Of a stretch of 64,000 nucleotides of DNA, positions 1 to 11,900 are shown piece after piece. The DNA is taken from assembly GCF_006345805.1 (NCBI RefSeq), contig NC_043012.1:3534001-3598000 (forward strand), in the 5' to 3' direction. Source of the DNA: Octopus sinensis. Lineage: Eukaryota. A program made the position numbers and the translations under genes. The notes beneath the pieces are model-generated. The model searched no databases. It was not told the DNA's origin and saw only the letters and a list, made by a program, of their open reading frames with translations. Positions within the stretch are counted from its first letter, which is position 1, and each line of letters opens with the position of its first letter.

Positions 1-962
1 TCTGCAGCCCGTGAAACTTTCTGAAAATTACCTTGAATCTTTTTTTTTTTAATAGTGTGGCCCACCTCATGACGGACCATGACTCATGCGGACCGGTTCT
101 CTAAAAAGTTTGCCAATGCTTGGTTTAAACAGATTGAGTGGTGTGGCTAGGATTTTAGGTAACAGGGAAGGAAAATATTTTGGGGGTGATCAATTCAATC
201 AATAGGTAGATAGACTAAAGAAAATTTTGTCTACAGAATAATTTTTATCCTTTTGCAACGTCTCTGATCAAATGTAAATGAATTTTCACTCACCTGCTGC
301 ACAATACGATGTATTTTGTCGGAAAATGTTCTACAGAAATTAACTCAGGTGCTAGGAATGTAAGAGCAGATAACTCTTCATATATAAATTAGAGCTTTAA
401 ACTTAGGCGTAAGGACAGCAATTTTAAGGGCATTGGTATGTTGATTACATCGACCTCAGTATTCAACTGCTATTTATTTTATCATTTCCTGAAGGATGAA
501 AGGTAAAGTCGACCTCGGTAGAATTTGAACCCAAAACATGATGAGCTGGAAGTATTTTGTCCGATTCACTAGCGAATCTACCAACTCGCTTTATATAAAT
601 TCTTTCTCCTGTAGGCATAAACATGAAATTTTGTGGGGAAGAGGACAGCCAATTATACTGACCTCAGTGCTCAACTCGTGCTTATTTTGTCGACCCCGAA
701 AGAATGATAAAGTCAACTTAGGTGGAATTTGTACTCAGAAAGTAGAAAACCAGAAGAAATGCCGTTAAGTATTTTATTCTACACGCTAACGAGTCTATAT
801 ATACAATTATGTGAGTGCATACAAATATATACAGGGTTGGCCAAAAGTCACCTGATAATAAATCAAAACCATTTAATTGCAAGATTTATCTATGTTCAAC
901 AACTGAAGGAATTTAATAAAAGCATCTAAATATGAAACATCATGAAAATTGTTCAAACATAT

Positions 963-1365
963 GCGCAGGAGTGGCTGTGTGGTAAATAGCTTGCTTACCA
1001 ACCACATAGTTCCGGGTTCAGTCCCACTGCGGGGCACTTTGGGCAAGTGTCTTCTACTATAGCCTCGGGCCGACTAAAGCCTTGTGGGTGGATTTTGTAG
1101 ACGGAAACTGAAAGAAGCCCGTCGTATATATGTAAATGTATACATATATGTGTGCGTGTGTGTGTGTGTCTGTTTTTGTCCCCCAACATCGCTTGACAAC
1201 CGATCTGGAGTGTTTACGTAACTTAGCGGTTCGGCAAGAGAGGCTGATAGAATAAGTACTAGGCTTACAAAGAATAAGTCCTGGGGTCGATTTACTCAAC
1301 TAAAAGGCGGTGCTCCAGCATGGCCGCAGTCAAATGATTAAAACAAGTAAAAGAGTAAAGAGTAA
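963..1365 (+). mobile_element. tRNA-derived SINE, family A (central TA/TG microsatellite, aagtaaaagag tail)
   Basis: Head gcgcaggagtggctgtgtggt...ggttccgggttcagtccc with A/B-box-like motifs; many near-identical copies in the window. Confidence 0.85.
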
Positions 1366-1464
1366 ACTGAAGTCCTTCTTGCAAGCATTTATAATTGGAA
1401 TGAATAAATAAAACTGAATGCAGATGGTTGTACTTTCTACAGAAGGGGAACTTCTCACATATCG

Positions 1465-1665
1465 TAATGATGTATTGAGACGTCGGGCGGAACATTTAAA
1501 AGATGTGCTCGATAGAGATACAAATATAGACATAAACTCAATAAATAATATCCTCAATAACCAGTAATTGACAATCTTGGATGAAGTGGAAATGATTATA
1601 AAACAACTGACAAATTGGAAAGCACCAGGAGAGGATATGTTCCCGGAATAATTTTCAAAAGATGC
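1465..1665 (+). mobile_element. RTE-clade LINE ORF2 fragment (degenerate)
   Basis: Translates to VLRRRAEHLKDVL...DEVEMIIKQLTNWKAPGEDMFPE*, the EV..AIK.L..KAPG.DG.PAE motif found upstream of LINE reverse transcriptase. Confidence 0.7.
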
Positions 1666-3335
1666 TGGAAAGTTCCGGGGATTTAGGAACTTCCTGGAAG
1701 TTTCCAAGAATTTTAGAATTTCCTGGAAATTTCCGAGGACCAAGAAACTTTCTGGAAAGTTCAGAGGACCGAGCACTTCCTGAAAAGTTCCGAGGATTTG
1801 AGAACTAACTGGATAGTTCCGAGGACTTAGGAACTTTCTTGACAGTTCCGATGATTTATGAACTTCCTGGAAAGTACCGAGGATCAAGCACTTCATGGAA
1901 AATTCTGAAGATCGAGCACTTCCAGAAAATTCCGAAGACTCGAAAACTTTCTGGATAGTTCCGAGGATTTAGGAACTTCATGGCAAGTTCTAAGTATATA
2001 GGAACTCCCTGGAAAGTTCCTAGGATTTAGGAGCTTCCTGGGACGTTCGCGGAATTTAGGAACTTCCTGGAAAATTCCTAGAATATGGGAACTTCCTGGA
2101 AAATCGTGAGGATTTAAGAACTTCCTGGAAAGTTCCGAGGATGAAGGAGCTTCCTGGAAATTTCTGAGGATCGAGCACACCCAGGAAAGTTCCGAGGATT
2201 TAGGAACTTCATGCAATGTTCCGTAGTTGTCGGAACTTTCTGAAAAGTTCCGAGTATAGAGCACTTCTTGGAAGGTTCCGAGTTTCGAGCACTTCCTGGA
2301 TATGTCCGAGAATTTGAGAATTTCTAGGAAAGTTCTGAGGATTTAGGAACTTCTTGGAAACTTCCGAGGATTTAGGAATTTCCTGGAAGGTGCCGAGGAT
2401 TTACGAACTTCTTGGAAAAGACTGAGGAGGGGTTAACGGGAGTTCCTGGAAAAATCCAAAAAGGTGAGAGCGGGAATCCTTGAAATTCTGAAGAGGAGGA
2501 GCAGGACTTGCTGGAAATTCCAAGGAGTGGAGCGGAACTTCCTGGAAAAGTCTGAGGAGGGGGAGGAGGGACTTCCTGCAAAAGTCTGTGGAGGGTGATC
2601 GGGACTTCCTGGAAAGGTCTGAGGTGAGAACAGGAGGGTGGCTTCCATGGAAAAGTCTGAGGTGGTGGAGCGGGACTTCCTAGAAATGTCCAAGGAGGGG
2701 GGACTTCCTGGAAAATCAGAAGGGTGACCAGGACTTTCTGGAAGGTCTCGAGGGAGAAAGGGGGAGGAAAGGAAGAGGATGGACTTCCTGGAAAAGTCCA
2801 AGGAATAAGAGGGAGAATGGGAAGGACTTTCTGGCAAATTTCGAGGAGTGGGGAGCAGGAAAGTACGAGGAGAGGGAAGGACCTCCTAGAAATGTCCCAG
2901 AGGGATAAGTGGGACTTCCTGGAAAAGTCCTAGGAGGGGAGAAAGGATTTCCTGAAAAGGTCTGAGAGGGGGGTAGGAAACTTCCTAGAAAAGTTCAAGG
3001 GGGGAAGGGATTCCTGGAAAAATCTGAGTTGGGGTGAGATTTCCTGGAAAATTCCGAGGAGTGGGGAAAGGACTTCCTGGAAATGTTCTAGCAGGGGAGG
3101 AAGGACGTCTTGGAAATGTCCCAGTTGGGGTGAGCAGGACTTCCTGGAAAAGTCCAAGGAGAGGGAAGGGTAGGATGAGGTGAGCGGTACTTCCTGAAAA
3201 GGGGTTTTCCAGGAGGTACACCCTCCCCTTCCTTGGAATGTTTCACGAAGTTCCTCCCTCTTTACCCCCATCTGACTTTTCCTCCCCTCCTTGGACTTTT
3301 TTAGGATGTCCTCATCTTCCCCCTCCACTGATTTT
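1665..3335. repeat. Satellite/minisatellite with a TTCCTGGAA core
   Basis: 28-29 bp units (ttcctggaaagttccgaggatttaggaac and ...gatcgagcac) to about 2420, then GGACTTCCTGGAAAAGTC separated by variable G/A spacers. The last about 130 bp are inverted. Confidence 0.9.
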
Positions 3336-4998
3336 ATGCAGGAAATCCTTCCTCTCTTTCGTTCCCACTAATGCTGCGAAAAGCACAGTTAGTTTTTGTT
3401 TGGATTTGCAGTGACTTTGTGGGCTTCGGTTGTGTGTTGTTGGTGTTATTGCCATCATTTTGACATTCGCCTTTCCATGCTTGCACGAGTTGGACAAAGT
3501 TTATTGAGGTAGATTTACTTCAGTCAGTTGTCCTTCCTACCACCAACTCACACCTGTTTCCAAGTAAGATATTTTCCCATGGCTAGACATATTTTCAAAG
3601 AATTTTGGAAATGCATAGCACTGCTTGTATGACAGTGACACTCCTTTATAACTATCACATGATGTCAATACAAGGAGACAAAAGCACACACAATGGGCTT
3701 CTTTCAGTTTCCATCTACCAAATTCACTCACAGGGGTTTGGTTAACCCAAGGTGCCACATAGAGGGACTGAACCTGAATCTATGTGGTTGGGAAGCAAAC
3801 TTTTTAACTATACACTTGTGATTGCAATACAGGTCCATTGATATCTAAAATGCTTGAGCCCTGGTTCTGTTGAAAAGAGCCCAGGATGTTATATCAGCAC
3901 TGAAAAATGCAAGGAAAAAGGCACTTGAAGCTACTGGATTCATCTATATTACATATTCAATTACTGCATGCAATGATGTGTTGGAATTTCTGCCAATTTT
4001 CAATTTTAAGAAGTTTAAATACACCTATTTTCTAATGCAAATATTGACCATAGAAAGATTTGAATGCAGCATCGTTTTACAAAACAGTGTGAACAATGGA
4101 ATGGATGTTCAGATTGTCTTTTGATGTTTATGGCAGATACCCATATGTTTACGTTGTATCAAGATGAAATAGCAATCAAAGAAAATTAAGTTTCTGTATG
4201 AAGATAACAAATGATTCTTCAAACATTTTATATAAGAATAATTATTTTTACCAATTTGGTACACTATTATCTATATCCTGGCTTTTGAGCTGTTATGCCA
4301 TGTTTTTTTTTTGTGTCTCCCGTGTGAGGTATCTAAAAGGGTTGACGAAGGGAAGGGCATCAAGCTATAAAATACTATGGAAATCCCATCCAATCTATAC
4401 CAACATAGGAAGGTTGATGCCAGATGATAATGAATGATTTGGTACAGTTGTGAAACCTGAATTCTTGAGGCTATTTCGAAGCAAGAAAAAAATAATACAT
4501 CATGCATTAAAATATTTCAAATTAACTTATTTTTGTGCTAAATGTTACAGTTTACATTCATCATTCTTGCACATGTTCAGTCCACTTCTGGATGAAGGCC
4601 TCAATATCATCTCTCCACCAACCAAGGTCTGATGGTTTCCTCATCCATGTTTGAGTACTGAAGCATTTAACAAAATCTTCATTCCAGCTTCTGCATGATG
4701 TTTCCCTCCGTTTTCTGGACATGGTGTCCACTCTCTCAGTTTGCTACTCCATTTATTATCCTTTCTTCTGAACACGTCCCGTGGAAGACCATTTCAGAAA
4801 TTTATTTTCCAGATAATATCCATTAAACCTATTGCCACATTTACCCTGTGGTTTTGCCATTTATCCATTTTGTTAATCTTCAGCATTCTTTTTTCCATGA
4901 TTCCCTGTACTCTTTTTTATACTCTTTTACTTGTTTCAGTCATTTGACTGTGGCCATGCTGGAGCACCGCCTTTGTTGATCTTAAATGTTTTTCAAAA

Positions 4999-5097
4999 CA
5001 GTTTACATTAACAAATCGGAAACAAGAATAAAAATTAGATTAAGAACCTCCTCATTTATCTTTATTGACATTAAGAGATTGATAAGTATTATTTATT
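4999..5097 (-). terminator. Candidate polyadenylation signals with a downstream U/GU-rich element
   Basis: Minus-strand AATAAA at 5061-5066 and 5092-5097, followed by a U/GU-rich tract (about 4999-5030) at the edge of the repeat-free zone. Confidence 0.5.
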
Positions 5098-8000
5098 GTT
5101 ACATAAAAAGGAAAATATAATCAGATTTTATATTCACTGGTTAGTTTCAGTAACATTGTGAATAAAATAAAATAAAAATATATGAAGCCATGCTCACTGG
5201 CATATAAATGATATAGACCTACTAGCAGACACTAGATTTAAATTCACCTAAACTGGCTGTCATGCACACAAATCTGCATGCTGAATGAGCAGAAAATCTT
5301 GCAAACATTTAGAATAAATCAGAAGACTTACATTTACCAGAGAAAAAAATTGAAGAAGGCAAAAAAAAGAAAAAAGAAATTGTACTGGAAAATGTAAGTG
5401 TTAACTTTAACTACACAACAAGGGCTGTCTATCCAATGATAATACAAATAATCACAGGATTTGAATTTCAGTAGAACAAAGTAATTTTGGTTTTTATTTA
5501 TTGAAAAGAATGAGTAATGAAGAAGAAGGCGGAGCTTGTGTCTATACCAATTGATTAAAAAAAAAACAAACAAAAAAAAAATGGTAATTCATTTACATAT
5601 TGAAACAGTTAAACGTTTTCAGAACAAACCCAACTTGTTCTATTTTCTCTTAAAACCATGATCCATATTAGATGAAACAGCCTTCAAGAATCAACAAGTG
5701 AAAGTTTTACTTCTTTTCAGCTGAATAGTTCTGTCTTGCAAGACTTCTGTTGTTGTATACTCCTGTTCATTAATGCTTTCATTCTTGAATACCTCCATTC
5801 TACAATGAATGTAAACTCCTTTCATTTTTTGAAATCATATCTTCCAATTTCATGCTGATATTAAATTATTGAAAAACACTACCTTTGTTGGAATTAATTT
5901 TGAAAATAATAATTTAGCCAAATTACTTCTCATGATTAATCTGGTGTTTGGAACGTAAATTGATATGAAATCATGATGGAAGGTTTTAATTTAATTCACT
6001 TTAACAGGAAGTTTTGTATTATAGAAGGAGGAACAATATCAGGCAGGTTGATATCAAAAGGGCTGAAAAGAATAAATGGCAGTCAGGGTGAAATGAAGGG
6101 ATCCCAGTAAAATAAATACCTGTACAAGTATCAGTTTGATTTTTCAACCGAAACAACATTTGAAAACTTAGATGTCTTCCTAAACCATATCAGTGTGAGA
6201 TGACATCTATATCAGAAAAATTGTCCAGTAATTCAAAATAAAAATCACTATCTACATACTGATTCTCTTAAAGCTAGCAGTAATGTACTATTGGACTGGT
6301 CAAAATTATTGCTGCTTTTTTTCAACAAATTTTAATTCAACAAAAACAATAACAATATTTAACAAAAACATTTTAAAATGATGGTCTGACCGTCTGCTTC
6401 CGGAATAATTATTTAAAGATGTTTTTGTTACATGTTGTTATTGTTTTTGTTGAATAAAATTTGTTGAAAAAACCCACAATAATTATGCACCAACCGAATA
6501 ATTTTAGTTTCAGAAGTAAATGAGAGAGAAAAAAAACAAACTAGAAGAAAAGAAAGGAAAAAAAAAAATCTTATTCCAGATTATTTTAGTAAGAAAGAGA
6601 AAAAGAAAAAAAACAGGTAATTTTGAATAGGTGTACACTGCTTTTCTTTTGTTTAAAAGGTATGACACTTACCTATTAGCAACAAAGCAATGATAACTTA
6701 TAAATAACATCTTTTTGTTTTTTGTACTTTAGTAGAATCTTAATATGAATTGTAAATGGAATAAAATCTACAAATAACAATGTTTTAATCACTATTGTCC
6801 ATTGCTGTATTAATTGAGCAAACTATAATTAATTTAGTGTCTTGAGAAATCTTAATTAAAATTCTACCCATAATGAGATGAATCAAGAGCTAATCATTGT
6901 CTGAATAATTAACTGATGAAGAGCAAGGCTGACAAACCTGGAATTTCAATTTATTAAATTTGGGTGGAACATGGTTTTTATAATTTGCTTCAGGTCTTCA
7001 ATCAAGCTTTGTTAAAAGCTATTCACATTATAAACAGAATTCTTCTTTTAAACACTCAGACAGAATATTTTTTAAAAAAAGGGATGACGGGGGTGGGGCA
7101 AACTGAAGTATAAGCAATAGCACATGCAAACACACACACACGTACATATATATTTATGAGAGGACATTTTTCTACAGGTGAAAAAGTAGACAAAAAGTAT
7201 TCTGTGTTAGGAAAGAGAATTGATGGAATTAATTTTCTTCTACCCTATCTTTGATTATAAAATCTGTCATCACAATATCATCTGTGAGTGTCAAGAAATC
7301 ATCTCCAAATATTGATAATTAGCAAATAATTTTGGAACAATTCATAATTAAATTTGTGGGTTAATCAATGATTATAATCTAAAAGTAGTTAGATGTAATA
7401 TTCTAGTAGAATATGACATACATTTTGTTCTGTGCCTAAAATAATGATTCTATTGAAATCAGTTGGCATTCGGGGTCAGAAAGGAAGGATTTAGGTTAAT
7501 AATATCAGCAGATTACAAGACACCAGCCACCAACTGAAATGCAACATTAGGAGTTCGAATCCTTGAGGTTTCAGTTGCTGGCACAGTTAATCTTCTTATA
7601 ATGTTTAAGAACAGATTTCCTTATAAGACTATTTTGTTAGCAATATCACAACCAAAGAAACAAAAACAGTTTTCTGAATTAAAGACACAAAGAACCATCA
7701 CTATATTTGTACCATATGTATTATGAAAAGAAGTTGGTAGTGGCTGCTTTCAATGTTCAATAGAGAAGAGGAAGTGTAAATCAAATATTTACTTACTGAC
7801 ATGATTTAATGAAGCAGAACTAAAAGAAACGGGGCTAAAATTAGTCCACAGAACTAACTTTCAATATTTTGTATTCAGTATTGGGTATATTGTATAATGA
7901 AATACAGAATGAAAACCCATTGTTACAAATATCCAGAGCATTCCATATGTCGGTCAGGTATGCAGTTTCTGCAAAGGGGAGATGTGTAGAAAATAAAATA

Positions 8001-8718
8001 TGTAACCAAATATTGTATGTCAGAATAGAGAACATAAGAACAGGCTAATATCTGATTGACAGTGAGGAGAGGCAGATTCAGTTTTTAGTCAAAACAAGCC
8101 AATAGCTTATATTCAATGTAATTCTGGAGAAAGACAGTTTGAAAGAAAAGAGGACTGGACTGAGTCTTGAATAATTTTGTTGTTTTTTTTTTTTTTTTTT
8201 TTGCATTTTGTAAGTTTTAAAATTGATTGTTAAATAAGAATGGTAATCAGTCAGAATCTCCAATTTAAACTTTTCCTTTAGTGTAATAAATGCTTTAGCA
8301 AGTTTTTCATTAGAGTTCTGGAATGATATTGTCAATACAGTGTCATGTTTGAGTTTAAGCAGTATATCAAAACTTCTGTGTTTATGGCTACTCCATAAAA
8401 CCGATACAATCTGAATGGATATATGCAATATTCTAAATTGAGTTGATTGTTTTGTTTTTAAATACTGTGGAGAATTCATGAGCAAAATCTGAGAGAACAT
8501 CTCTACAGTAAATTGCCATAGTTTATTTGTTTAATGTTTTATAAATCTTTCTCTATTTTGCTCTAAACACAACATAAGAGCGAGTTAATGCCCTTATTAC
8601 TTCTTAATCAGATCAATTATACATAACACTTTCTGTTTCCTTTGCATAACATGTAGCTTTCATGTTACACAATACTGAGTTGATGTTTGGGTGGACTATT
8701 GATGAGAACTCACTGGGG
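5040..8718 (-). other. Putative long ARNT 3' UTR (about 3.6 kb)
   Basis: AT-rich and free of the SINE/LINE copies that occur every 1-2 kb elsewhere. Bounded by AATAAA motifs. Confidence 0.6.
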
Positions 8719-8939
8719 TCATTCTCCAAAAGTATTGAACATGCCTGTAAGATCACTGAACTCTGGTGTGGTCTGGTCAAGCATTGGAAACATGTTATTG
8801 AATTCTTCTGGCTGCTGTTGCTGCTGCTGTTGTTGTTGTTGAGCTTGTTGTGCTCCTGCTGATGGATTGCCTTGAGAAGAACCTTGCTGAGCATGATCAC
8901 CTGTATTTCCAGACCACTGCTGCCATAGTGGTTGGTTAC
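8719..8939 (-). CDS. ARNT: ARNT terminal coding exon (Q-rich transactivation tail, TGA stop)
   Basis: tttgcag acceptor; NQPLWQQW...[14 protein letters not shown]...[14 protein letters not shown] resembles the ARNT C-terminal DL.MF motif. Confidence 0.9.
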
Positions 8940-11900
8940 CTGCAAAATATAATATTACCATTGAGAAAGCCATTTAATAGATCAATTTATTCTTCATATT
9001 TCAATCAACTACAGGCACCTTCAGCTGTAATTACAGGCCTTGTTATTCTAAGTGAAGGTGCATGGTTCAGTGGTTAGGGCATTGGACTCACAATCATGAG
9101 GTTGTGAGTTCGATTCCCAGACCAGGAAGTGTGTTGCATTCTTGAGCAAGACACTTTATTTTATGGCGCTCCAGTTCACTCAGCTGTAGAAAAAAAGTAG
9201 CAATGTCATTGGTGCCAAGCTGTATCGGCCTTTGCCTTTCTATTGAACATCGGTGGCATGGAGAGGGGAGGCTGGTATGCATGGGTGACTGCTAGTCTTC
9301 CACAAAAAAACCTTGCCTGGACTTGTGCCTCAGGGGGTCACTTTCTAGGTGCAATCTCATGGTCATTCATGACTGAAGGGAGTCTTTACTCTTTATGCTA
9401 AATCCCAGGAGGGGGCATAATAAAGAATGCACCATTTTAACACACAAAGTTGCAGTCACAGGCACAGATACTTTTCCATGGTCTTTGTAATTACTAGGTG
9501 GAAGAGAGAAGCCTGGTGCAGCCATCCAGTTTGCCAGACCTCAGTCATATCATCCAACCCATGCTAGCATGGAAAGCGGACATTAAATGATGATGAAGAT
9601 GAATTCAATGTGCTATACATGCACCTTTGATGAGTTGTAGTGCATCTGAGCACCATACGCAGTAATTTCATCATTGTCGCTATCGTCATCATTATCATTG
9701 TCATCATTTAATGTCCATTTTCCATGCTGGCATGGATTGGATGATTTGACAGGAGCTGGCACACCAGAGAGCTGCACCTGGCTCCAATTGTCTGCTTTGG
9801 CATCGTCTCTACAGCTGGATACCCTTCTTAATACCAACCACTTTACAAAGTATACTGGGTGCTTTTCACTTAGCAACGGCATGGGTGCTTAATATGTGGC
9901 ACCAGCACAGGTAATAACTAGCAGTAGTATTAGCATTCACAGTAGAATTAAAGAACTGATTGAAATTCGACTTACATTTGAAATCTGGTAAGTTGAAACC
10001 AACAGCTGGCAAATCTGGAAACCAAAATGCAAGAATTACTTTATGTACAGCATAACATTCCCAAATTATTTTTTTCCCCTTCATTTTGTTTTTGAAAATT
10101 ATATTCTCATTATCATAATCCTATAAATAAATGCTATTAGGCGCAGGAGTGGCTGTGTGGTAAGTAGCTTGCTAACCAACCACATGGTTCCGGGTTCAGT
10201 CCCACTGCGTGGCATCTTGGGCAAGTGTCTTCTGCTATAGCCCCGGGCCGACCAGTGCCTTGTGAGTGGATTTGGTAGACAGAAACTGAAAGAAGCCTGT
10301 CGTATATATGTATATATATATGTATGTGTGTGTGTTTGTGTGTCTGTGTTTGTTCCCGTAGCATTGCTTGACAACCGATGCTGGTGTGTTTACGTCCCCG
10401 TCACTTAGCGGTTCGGCAAAAGAGACCGATAGAATAAGTACTGGGCTTACAAGGAATAAGTCCCGGGGTCGAGTTGCTCGACTAAAGGCGGTGCTCCAGC
10501 ATGGCCGCAGTCGAATGACTGAAACAAGTAAAAGAGTAAAAGAGTATTACATAATTTATCTCAAGACTTGTATGTTAAACTGTGATGCTAGGTTTTCATT
10601 TCATTATTTCTTGTGGCTTGTTTTTGTACTATGTGACAGTAGTTTGGAACATGTAATTCCATTGAATTCATGTAAATTCTGTTAATGCATGTATGTGTGT
10701 TATTGGTGTTTTTGGAAAGTGATGTCAGTTCATTAACTACTTTAACCCTTTACTCAGATCACTCTGTCAAATAAAATGTTTGCTGGTTTATATTATATTA
10801 ATCTTGTTGTTTAGAGATTTCAGTAATGTGATAGTTTAATTTTAGAATGACATTGTAGGGTTGAGGTGAGAGGCCAGATCTGGCCAGTTTCAATATAAAA
10901 CAGGTGAAATATTCTGGCCGGATGTGGTCAGTTTGAATGCTAATGGGTTAAGAGTTGTTTCTGTGATTTCTAAATCTGAACTGTTTTATTAGTTTAATCA
11001 AATCCATTTCAAACTTCTCAAAGTACTTGAGAAGGGGACAGCGAGAGAACGAAGAAGAAGGAAGAGAGAGAAAGAGAAAAATAAAGGAGTGAAGGGAAAA
11101 GAGAGAGAGAGACGGAGATAGGAGTGATTAGCTAAAAAAAAACAAACACTTGCCAAGTTTTGTGATGCCTTTGAGACTATAAAATTATAAAATATCATTG
11201 GAGCTTACCTGGAGAACTGTTGTCTGGGCTCATTTGATTATAGCCTGGGTTTGTACTGTAGTCAGCAGTTGGCTAGAATGACAAGAGAATATAAAGTTTA
11301 CATTGTAACAAATAATTCTTGGAGGAGTTCAAAAGTGTACCTAAACATGTACACTTCTTTTATCTAATTACTTGTTTCAGTCATTAAACTGCAGCCATGC
11401 TGGGGTACTGCCATAATCAAACAGTAAAAATTTCCATCAAAACACAGCTTCTCAACATGTGCTTTCATGCAGATAAAAGAGTTCTTGGTTCCGCTTGTTA
11501 CTATGGAAACAGGCATGTATTTTCTCACCGACAAAAGGGTTCTCATGTTCTGCTTGTTACTATGGAAACAGGCATGAATGTTTCTGTGGCTTAAGATTGG
11601 TTAAAATCACCAAAATTTTTAACCTTTAACTGCTAATAACTCTTTATTTATTGATTTATAGCGAAAATGATTTTCACGTAATTCATTAGCCTATATAGGT
11701 GTATCATTACACTGAATATGAAATCAATTCGAACAGAACTGATGCTGGCAACCAAACAGACAAGATTCAGTTTTTCTTTTCTCTTTTTTTTCTTGCACAT
11801 ACATGCTTTCTAAAATAGTCACAAGGCCCCAGCATTAAGAAGGGTTGAATCAATCATATCAACCCTGGAAGAATGAAAATAAAGATCACTTGAGCAGGAC

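Noticed and set aside
2420-3200. CRISPR-like repeat/spacer appearance
   Set aside because: Spacers are low-complexity G/A variants of one another, repeats are degenerate, the array grades from a plain satellite, there are no cas genes, and the context is eukaryotic.
1330-3328. Long ORFs of 120-190 aa in the ORF track
   Set aside because: They are translations of the satellite.
6914-6945. CTGATGAAGAGC..GCT hammerhead-like string in the UTR
   Set aside because: It lacks GAAA after stem II (reads gacaaac) and has no stem I.
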